Positions 54,687-64,000 of a DNA stretch of 64,000 nt are shown here, piece after piece (position 1 is the first letter of the stretch; every line of letters begins with the position of its first letter). This DNA is from Camelus ferus. Lineage: Eukaryota. The notes below the pieces were generated by a model. The model had not been told where the DNA came from. It saw nothing but the letters and a program-made list of their open reading frames with translations, and did not search any database. A program made the translations under genes and the position numbers. The stretch is from assembly GCF_009834535.1 (NCBI RefSeq), contig NC_045696.1, forward strand, positions 68,574,001 through 68,638,000. Direction: 5' to 3'.

Positions 54687-54841
54687 GGGGGAGGGTATAG
54701 CTCAAGTGATAGAGTGCTTGCTTGGTGTGCAGGAGGTCCTGGGTTCAATCCCCAGTACCTCCTCTAAAAATAGATAAGCCTAATTACTTCCCTCACCCCC
54801 ATGAAAATAAAATAATAAATAAAATACTTAAAAAAAAAAAA
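54687..54841 (+). mobile_element. tRNA-derived SINE, camelid Vic-1-like
   Basis: ggggagggtatagctcaagtgatagag (A box), ggttcaatcc (B box), A-rich tail; TSD agaaaaatcta(a/g)a at 54674-54686 and 54842-54854. Confidence 0.85.
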
Positions 54842-56525
54842 AGAAAAATCTAGAAGTGCCCTGCTCTAGGAGAACTTACCATCAGATTGGGAGGCAGAAA
54901 GATATTCTGGAGAAAGTTATTGAAAAGTAACCTACTGACTAATATGACAGAAACAATTATGAAATAGTAATGACCTTCATTTAAGCACCTACTCAACTGA
55001 GCACTATGTATTTTGCAGACCTTGTCTCACTGGGGACTCATAATAACCCTTTGAAGAAGGTCTGGTTAGCCCCATTATCCCCATTTTACAGACAAAGCGG
55101 CTGAGAAAAGGTGAGAGAGTCCCACTGGGCTCAGTGACCACACTTAACAATAAACATTTGCATATTGTTTTCCAAAGACTCTCAGCAGGGATTGAGAGAA
55201 ACTTGGTGAGTAATCATCTCAGGGCTGTGGTCAGCCAGCCTTGAAGGTAGATGGAAACATGTCATGGGTGGGCCAGCCTGAGTGTTTCTAGGGAGTAGCA
55301 CAAGAGGTGGTCCAGGTAGATGACTCAATACCAGCCTGACTGGAGTGATGGCAGACTTCTTACATCTATTGGCAAGCCTGGAGCAGTTCATAAATATGTT
55401 TACAGAAGCCTTGCTGGGGACAGCATGCTCTAGAAGGAGTTGCTGTAACAGCAGCATGGGGGTTAGGAATAATTAAATAACATTTTCAGCTCCCCCAAGA
55501 GCCATTAGACTAAAACAAAGAAGCAGGTGAGAAGAGGAAGTTGAGAGTTATTTGTGTTTTGTTAATGGGCCTTGAATCAACAGACCTCCACCCCGCCACC
55601 AGCAGCAGGCAGTCCCTGCAATCTAGGGAGACTGTCTACTCACAAAGCTCCCATTCAAGTGCCATGGAGGCTGGCACAATGCAGCAATCAGACAAGCCCT
55701 GGGTTCTCCATGGCGCTACACCTGCACCTGTTATCCCAGCAGAAACTTCCTTATCAGCCCTTAGAAACTTACAAAATGGAGGAGGCTGCCTATAATCAGT
55801 TCTTTTCCAGCCTTTGTGGGTAGAAATATATAAGCCAACATCATGGGCTAATTGGCCTCTTTGGAGAACCATGGAACCTAGGCAGGTCTGAGCAGCCACA
55901 GGTCTACCATATAGTGTCGACATGACTGAGTCCCTCGGACTATGAACCAGCTCTGGCTGTGAGGGTGGGAGTCGGGTGGGATTGATGGCTGTAGCTAGAA
56001 CCAGGGGGATGGGAGCTGCATTAGCATCCACCCCACTAATGTTGGAGAGAATACATGAGCTGGCTTGTCAGGTGCGGAAAGAGGCTGAATGCTTTTTTGA
56101 TTGCTATAATTGCGGCAAATTGGACACTTGAGAGCGCCTCTTTAATGAGAAGAATCTCATGGATGAGACTTAGGGAAGAGGCCCCTCTTCGGATCCCTCT
56201 CCTTTGTCCCATGTGTATGAGATAATTCCCCAGTCATTATGGATTGTGAATGGGCTGCTAATTTTAGTTGTGCAAGCCAAACAAAGACCCTGGTTGGTGG
56301 ATCCGGAAGGTGATTCATCTGATACGATGTTTGTATGGTGGAAGTGAAAGGTCTTGATAAGTGCCCCTGATGATTTCAAACTTTTCAACCAAAGAGCTGG
56401 AGAATTTTTTAAGTGGCCATCTCAGCACTGGCAACCAAATGTGGCCTCTGCTACCTTCTTTTCTGCCCAAGGTCCTTCTGTCTTGGCAGTCCCGGGCGCT
56501 TTGAGTGTGGGTGTCCTCCTCTAGG

Positions 56526-56586
56526 TCTTCTTCTTCTTCTTCTTCTTCTTCTTCTTCTTCTTCTTCTTCTTCTTCTTCTTTTTTTT
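56526..56586. repeat. (CTT)n / GAA-type triplet repeat with T tail
   Basis: ~18 units visible. Confidence 0.95.
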
Positions 56587-57490
56587 AACTGGGGAGAATC
56601 AGGAAGGCAACAGTGAAGCCAAAGTCAGTGAAAGAGCCACAGTAAAAAGGCCCAGCAAAATAAAGTGACTTAGCCAGGGGAAATAACAGGTACGTAAGCA
56701 AAGCCAACTTTGGAATCAAGCACAGTACAATCTTTTGGCTATTATGACCCTGTAACTCTCAGCTCAATGAGCTCAAGTGCCTCTTATAAGCAATAAGCAA
56801 GCCAAAAAAAGGAGTCAAGTTTCTCCAGTCACCTTCAGCTTTCCTCAGACATTCCTGAACTTCTGTCCCCACTCAGGTTCTGTTGGGCCTTAAGGAGACC
56901 AACTCATCTCAGTTTGCCGGAGACTTTCTGGTTTTAGCACTGCATCTTGGGAAGCCCCTCAGCTCCAGGTGAACCATACGTCCTGCCTCACCAGGGCAGA
57001 GTATCGGGGGATAAGAGAATGGAGAGGTAAGAGCTAGATTTGATGAACTTTGGATATAAAGCAAAAGGCCCTGATGTTATCTTTGTGCCCCATTTTTCAT
57101 CAAGTGCCAACCCAAAATACTACCATTTTCCCTCTCTTACAACATATGCCTCTTCAGCCTTTATTGTGCTACTGATACAGTTGTCTTCTCTGTGAGCAGC
57201 TTGAGGGTGAGGACTCCTCCCTGCCTAGGGGCAGAGTACCAAGCACCTAGCAGGCCCTCAGTAAAGGTATTATTGAAATGGATCCATCACCCCCTTGACC
57301 TTTCTGTCTGTAGGTCCAAAGAACATTCATATGGGCATGCTCTTTGTGGTAACTTGGAGGCTTGCATGATAGAAGTAGAAAAGAATGGGCCAAGGCCCTT
57401 GTTAATCTCCTACAGATTTGCTGTGTGACCTTGATTAAGTTACTTTCCTTCTCTGTCAGTTTTCTAATGAGTAGTAAGAGAAACTGATAA

Positions 57491-58661
57491 TATGGTGACT
57501 TTGTATTATGTCAGTTTAGCTAAGCTGAAACTACAAATCCTAGAATTTCCTTCTGTATATGTTTCTAAGTTAGGGTTAGAATTCCAAGTTATGGCTGGAA
57601 TTTCCTTCTCTATATTGTTCCATGTTAGAGTGAACCACAAGTTAGTGTTCTAAGTTAGGGTCATGTGAACTTTGGAAGGGGGTTGTAAAGGAGAGCCTTT
57701 ATTTTCCACTCTGAAGGTCAGTGAGGCCAGCATTTGTGCAGCTCATGCACATTGTCAGTGGTCTGCTGCCTACTTGATTGGTACAGGATACAGTCAGACC
57801 TTCATCTCTTCCACCTTCTGGCAACTTCCCTGAGTCCTTCCACTTCCCCGAGTCCTGGATCAAATTCAGGTGCTACTCTGTGGTGCACGTTGTGGGACAC
57901 AATGCAGCAGCTGGTTGGTGAGCCAGAGAATCATGGGTTGGTAAAAGAATTAACCAGAGATAAAGTATGAGAATAGAAAAGGAGTTTATTAGGGTACACT
58001 GCTAGATGCAACAGCGAGAGGTGCTGTGTGAGCACCAAGGGCCAGTTATTGAAGGGTCTTTTATAAGGTAGGGTCACCAGGTGCCTGATCTGCTTGTGTG
58101 CAAGTCTCTGATTGGTTGTCGGTGAGGTAAGAGGTTAGGGTCCGTGAAGGACAGTGGGGTTTATGACTCTGGTAAGTTGGGCTGAAACAAGCCAGCCTGA
58201 GCTCATGTGAGATTAGGCATCACCTAGGGCTATTAGTTTGTTAGGGGAAACACACCCAGTAAAGAATGTATTTTATCTGTTGAGGGATCACAGGCAGACA
58301 CCTGAGAGCCCAGAAATGGGGGTCATTGAATTTTGAAGGACATTAGTTGGCCCAACAGTGCAGGGTGCCAACTCATCTTGTAGGTCAACAGCATCATTGA
58401 GATTGAAGGAGGTGAGAGACAGATACTGTTCCAGCTAATTCTTACAGGTTCTAGTCTGTTCTTGGCATCTGTACTTTATGTCTATCTTTCCTTCTACATT
58501 TCCAGCCCTGCTGACTTAAGGCTCAGCAGCAAATGTAGAAACTACAGCCTTAAATAGTCAACATAATCAGTTCCCATAATTGTGTGTTGCCTAATCCTTG
58601 TAATATATCACATTCTATATCACTTGAAATAGTTCTGTTTCTCTGAATTTTGAATGATACA
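57491..58661 (+). mobile_element. Old ERVL-type LTR (LTR50-like) interrupted by a younger LTR
   Basis: tatggtgactttgtattatgtcagtttagctaagctgaaactaca...; 3' end gttctgtttctctgaattttgaatgataca. Confidence 0.6.
57888..58357 (-). mobile_element. 470-bp solo LTR with 5-bp TSD GTGCA
   Basis: Ends (c)gttg...caaca; GTGCA at 57883-57887 and 58358-58362; tttatt ~57985, ttttataa ~58059 and gattgg ~58110 in minus-strand LTR order. Confidence 0.8.
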
Positions 58662-58669
58662 AATAATAC

Positions 58670-58915
58670 CTATTAAATGCTTACTACATGCCAGGTACTT
58701 TCTCAATACTACATATATGTTAATTTATTTAAACCTCCAGAATCTCTTGTGAGGTATGTGATTATCCCCATTTTATATTATCTCCATTTTATAGATGAGA
58801 AAATTGAAGCACAGAGAATTTAAGTAACTTGCCCCAAATTGTTCTGCACGTAAGAGGCCAAGCCAGGAATTTAACCTGGCAGTTTGCTAGAATCTGTGCA
58901 TCAGTCCACGATGTG
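58670..58915 (-). mobile_element. MIR SINE
   Basis: ccattttatagatgagaaaattgaagcacagagaatttaagtaacttgccc. Confidence 0.8.
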
Positions 58916-59019
58916 ATGCTGTCTCATTTCTAGAGTGAGAGGTTGTTCTGGAATTCCTTGAAACCTCTTCCAGTTTTAACACTCCATGAAATAGGTTCTG
59001 TGTTTAATTTTTAACCTAC

Positions 59020-59202
59020 AGAATAGTGCGTGTCCAAGTGTGATCGAAGAATCATCTACATCAGAATCACCTGGAAAACTGGTTAAAACACAGATCCCCT
59101 GATGTCCATGGGAGTGTGAGGTGCAGTAGAAGAAGGGGTCCTGCCATTTATAGTGTTTTCAGGTGATTTTATGCACACTGAGATTTGAGAACCAATCACT
59201 GC
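59020..59202. mobile_element. MER5-type DNA transposon
   Basis: catcagaatcacctggaaaactggttaaaacacagat...caggtgattttatgcacactgagatttgagaacca. Confidence 0.75.
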
Positions 59203-60173
59203 CCTAGAAGAGTAATAGTTGGAATAATGAATAAAGATATGTGGGGTTCTGGGTTTTGGTTTTAGGTTTTTGGAGAAAGGAAAAGTGGAAATGAGTCCAT
59301 TTAGAGGTGGCTCCTTCTCCAGGTCTACATTGTGCTGCAGCCTTAGGTCTATAGTCAAGAAAACATGGGATAGAGCTGGTATCAGAAAGCTTCAGAAGGA
59401 TTAGCCTCTGCTTCTCCCAGGAACGCCCCTGGAAACAGCCTCAGAGAGGTCTCGTGGGATAGATGGTTATCAGCCTGCCCCATGGTGGGGCCAGGAAGCA
59501 GTGAGAGTGGCAGCAGCCACAGGGGCCCCAACACCACCTGCATTCTGCCTTTCTGCCCAGCCCTGGGTCGTCTGCTCCAAATTGTTAATTAGAAGTGTCT
59601 CTCCCCTCTTGCAATGGGCCTGTCTGTCATTTATCTTCTCTTGGGAAGTCACCCAGGCTGGCTGGAGGTGGGCAAAATTTCACCCTGGGTGACCTTGTCT
59701 ATCCGGGTGACCTTGTCTATTAAGGGCCTCTGGGGCTTGGGCTCCCGGAAGCAGAGCAGCCATGGGCTGCACAAATTGGAGTTAGAAAAAGTCCTGACAA
59801 TAGAAAACCTCTCCACGGTGCTTGTGGTCCTCATTAGCCAGCATGCAGGGCTGATAACGAAGACCTCTTGTACACAGTGATGCTGGCCTCGCGCACGTGT
59901 GTTCCTGTGCTAAAGCAGGGAGCATGCCCGTTGGCCAAAGCTGGCCCCTCAGATGTGGAGGGTTCTTAATAGTTTGCAAGGGGCTTTCCTATACATTTTC
60001 TCATTTGAGCTTCCCACCAATGTGGGATGAATAACCTAAGGAACTTCCAACCTGACTAGGTAAAATGTTAACTATTCATAATTTCCCACTTTTTAAAACT
60101 AAATTTCTGTTACAAAAGGTGAGGGGAAAATTGCTTTTTTTAAAAGTATTTTACTTATCCTGGATATGATGGT

Positions 60174-60345
60174 GGTACAGGAAAAAAAATATGGGACGTG
60201 AGAGGATGGCCATGTCCCAGGTCTGGGTGGAGTCCCTGGGTTGCACGCCATCAAGTAAGGGTCCTTGGCTTCGCACAGGGAAGAATTCAAGAGCAAGCCA
60301 TAGTTGAGTAAAAGTAGATTTATTCAGAGAGATGCACACTCCATC
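60174..60345 (-). mobile_element. Partial cetartiodactyl ERV LTR (U5/R part)
   Basis: gaggatggccatgtcccaggtc...gggtccttggcttcgcacagggaagaattcaagagcaagccat...agatttattcagagag. Confidence 0.6.
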
Positions 60346-61778
60346 TATGGATGTAGTGCAGAATTTGCCTAACAACAATAGAAAGAAGGAATTTTCACTG
60401 AACAAGCTTATTTACATCTCTGGAAACATGGCAAATCAGTGTTCTTGGCTTTGACTGAGCCATAGTAAAAAGCCTTCTTAATTTCTTATTCAAGGCTCTC
60501 CATGGTTCAATTACATCAAAAGACTATAATCAAACTAACACAGAATTCCAAACCAACCTCCCCACACTCCCAAAATGAGTCATCCCACATCCAGCCAAAC
60601 TTCTCCACTCAGTACCTGCTAAGCACCCCAACACATTCCTCTCTGCTTATCTTGGTTCTTAACTCGCTCCTTGTCAGTGTCTTTTCCTGTGCTTCCTTTG
60701 TCACTATTTTTTCCAGGTTCAGCTTCGTGCTCCCTTCCTCCTTGAATTGAGCCCTGGTTATTCCTCCTCACATGTAGAGAGTAAGAACAAAGGAGGAACC
60801 TCTTGTACTGCCTCTACCCTACACCACCAGGGCAGGTCTGCACTGAGTTGAGTGAGAAAAAGGACCTGGGTTCTAAACTTCCTAATTTTAAGAACTTGAC
60901 ACACTCACTTAACCCCCCTGAATTCCAATTTCCTCATCTAGAAAATGAGGATAATTTTACTTCACAGTTGTATCAATTAAGTGATGCCCAGAATTGACCC
61001 AACAGGCATTTACCAAGGGTCTTCTAGGTGCCAGATGCACAGTGACTGATATATAGTAGGTAATTAATAAATATTCCTAAATATTATTAAGCACTAAATG
61101 AATTTGTAGGACTTGTCTAGTTAGAGAAAAGAATTATTAGATTGGTCATAGATCTTTTTACACAGTCTTCTTCCCTTTTCTTTTTTGAGTAGGTACTAGA
61201 CACAAAAGAAGAGAAATAGAAACAGAATTAATGACTGAACACTTTATGTTCAATATCCCATCCATTATCCATATTCTGTGTCTAACCATTTGGATTTCTG
61301 CTAAATGCATGACAGAAATATCTACAATAAAAACAACAAATGTGAGTTTTCTCAGAAATAAATTTTCTTTTTTTTCGTCAATAAAGTGACATGTGTCAGA
61401 TAACATTTTATTAAGCCAGCCTCAATATTTAGCTAAGAGAATAGACTTGTGAAGGACATGGTAATTATCTTGAAATACATGAAAGCCTCTCATAAAAGAT
61501 GAATTAAACCTTGTCTGTGTGAAAAATCATTACTGGTGGGTGGAGGTTACAAAGAGGTAGATTTTTTCCAAGATATAGTAAGAGGAGTCAGCACATCCCT
61601 GTGTCCATGTGAGGTTGGACATAGGGACCACTATTCAGTGGGCACAGATTGTTATGATTTTGGCAGGACTGAGTAGAAGAGAAACCAAATATGTCTCATT
61701 CAATAGCAGAGGTTCCATTGACTCCATTTTTATCTGAGAAAGCTCACTATACTCCAACTGTCCCCTTCTCCCCACAAA

Positions 61779-61822
61779 TACATACATACATGTGCGCGCA
61801 CGCACACACACACACACACACA
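61779..61822. repeat. (TACA)/(GC)/(CA)n compound microsatellite
   Basis: Directly visible. Confidence 0.9.
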
Positions 61823-62545
61823 ACTGATTTTGTTCTTGGGAGCTGATCTTATTTTAATAGATCCTTGGCAAGAGGAACTGCCAACATCAGTCTTCACAAG
61901 AGGATGTAAAAATGGAAACTCCAAAAGGCAACTCCACCCTTCCTCCGCGCCCTGCTGGGGGATCCAGAACTCATCATGTGACTGACTGCCTATGAAATCT
62001 GGCTGATGACCAGCATTAGTGAGGGCTTGGTGTGCAAAGACCACAGGATTAAAACTGAAGTCATTTTATATCAGGAAAGGGCCAGAATCAAGGGAGAGGG
62101 GGAAATCTCTTCCTTTGCAAAGAGGTAAATTTTCCTAAAAGGAAGTGGAGCAAAGGTGGAAATTTGGATAGTGACCCTTGAACCAAGAGACATTTGAAAT
62201 GAGGGAGGAGGAAACTCTTGAGCTTGAAGATGGAGGATCCCGAGTGACAGTCTGAAAAGTGGCCACAGAGGATCTCTTCACAAGCCTTTACATTTCTTCA
62301 TTTTTGAGATCCAAGGCAATGTTCAAGTTTGCTGCAATTATACTTTCTTCCTTTCTGTATGATAATTATCTTCCCAAATTATTGAAACCCTTTATAAAAT
62401 AAATTTGTGTATAACCATCTACCCAGCAACACTGGTCTTGAGAAAATGAAGAAACAGAGTGGCAAGAGAGACGAGGAAAGCTCATGTACTCCATCTGGCC
62501 TTCCTGCCTTCTGTACTGACCTTCTGTGAGTTCCCGCAGAAAGGG

Positions 62546-62990
62546 TGCGGGTAGACTGAAGAACATGCCACAGCCTATCAAGAGATGAAGTCTGTTTTCC
62601 TACCCTGAATCTGGGCTGCCTTTGTGATTTGCTTTGACCAATAGAAATGTGGCAAAAACAATGTGATAATTTCAAGATTAAGCCTTAAAAAAAGTCATGC
62701 AACCTCCATTTTCACCCTCTTAGAAGACTGACTAGAGATCACCATTTAAGAACCACGGTTTATTCTAGTGAAGAAAGAGTGGCCACTTAGAGGAGAACTA
62801 AGGAGTCCCGGGACACTGACAGCACCAACTGCTAGACATGAGAGTGATGCCAACTTGCCTCTTCCAGCCCAGCCATGAGAGCCCAGGAGGAGCCAGCAGG
62901 ACAGTTTCCCAACCAACGCTCAGAATCATAACAAATAATGTTTTGTTCTTGTTTCAAGTCACTGAGCTTTGGGGAGACTTATTAAACATT
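62546..62990 (+). mobile_element. MaLR MLT1-type LTR
   Basis: tgaatctgggctgcctttgtgatttgctttgaccaatagaaatgtggc...cagcaccaactgctagacatgag...gtttcaagtcactgagctttgggg. Confidence 0.8.
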
Positions 62991-64000
62991 GGCCTATTTA
63001 TTGAAGCATGAGGTCCAGTTGATGCCCGGGGGACTGAAGGGCAACCATAGAGAAGCCATAAAGCAATAAGAGAGCCCCCCAAGTGCTAGGGAGCCCTCCA
63101 GAGAAGGCAGGGCCATGAGCAAAGATAGGGAGGAACCTCTGCTTTCCTGTACAAATGAGAGGATGCTGCTCTCTGAAAGGAGAAAGAAGGTGACTCAGCA
63201 GATGCCTCAGGTCCTAATATAAGAAGGAACTTTCTATCACAGCTGTCTAGGAATGGAATAGACTGCTTTAATGGGTGCTGAGTTCTCCAACATCAGGAGT
63301 ATTCAAGAATGGGCAAGAGGGGTGATTGAAGCGGAGAATTTGAGCACCATGTATTGACTCTGAGGTCACTTCTAAAGCCAGGCATCTTATTAGTTTCTCT
63401 AAATCCTATTCGCGAAGATGGCAGTATATGTATAATTATGTCAATAAATCTGTCACGTTATCTTGAAAAGAGGCTCTGGTTTATCAAAAGCAGCAATAAA
63501 GTGTATGAGCGAGACAATTCCTCTGTGTACATAGCTTACTGATGAATCTGGCCAGGCTGGTCAGAGCACACAGACCGTATCCACATCAGGCATCAGAGGA
63601 CTATGAGAATAGATTACTGGAAAAACATCCGGCTCAAAACTGAGGCCTCTAGGCAGAGATTACATCTGTTTTGAATCTCTTTTTGGGGCCAGGCCCTGTT
63701 GTTACCATTAAGTGAATTTGCAACATGATCATAATAATGGCAGCAGCAATAATAATAACAACTGTAATAAGCACTGCTCCAACTCCCCATTGGCCCCTTG
63801 CTGCCTGCAGTGGATCTGTTGCTGAGATGAGCTGTCTCTCCCCTCCCTTTAGAAAGTTTGTAAATTACCAAGGGGTATGTCTGGCTGTGTAGTAAAGTGC
63901 TACTTCCTTCCAGAAGCAGGTATACTCTCTTGAAACTTACTTGTAAGAAAGGCCCCAGGCTTGATGTATGCTCATTATGTGGCCTTTCCTTAACATTCTA

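Noticed and set aside
54687..54762. Possible tRNA gene
   Set aside because: Degenerate cloverleaf, with a SINE body, A tail and TSD; it is a SINE
56413..56616. ORF with a poly-Leu 'signal/TM' stretch
   Set aside because: Artefact of the (CTT)n microsatellite

Overview
Mammalian, repeat-rich non-coding DNA (intergenic or deep intronic). A single tRNA-derived SINE at 54687-54841 resembles the camelid Vic-1 type. Cetartiodactyl-type L1 and LTR copies are present, and I saw no Alu, Bov-tA/BovB or PRE-1 copies. Together these point to a camelid (inference). I found no supportable protein-coding exon, RNA gene or CRISPR array. The listed ORFs are short chance frames, several created by microsatellites. 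The window is a mosaic of old L2, MIR, L1M, HAL1, hAT/MER and MaLR/ERV LTR relics, with a few young solo LTRs carrying clean TSDs and several unique stretches that look like conserved non-coding elements. The most notable structure is a ~400-bp unique segment at 15755-16140. It has an inverted, ~85%-identical copy 9 kb away (6758-7172) that splits an L2 element, and the two copies share an identical 38-nt strand-specific hairpin. A second, perfect 40-bp local copy (33896-33935 = 34654-34693) also appears to interrupt an L2 relic with microhomology. Repeat subfamily names are from recall of consensus sequences and need RepeatMasker/Dfam confirmation. I see no firm evidence of a new multi-gene system.
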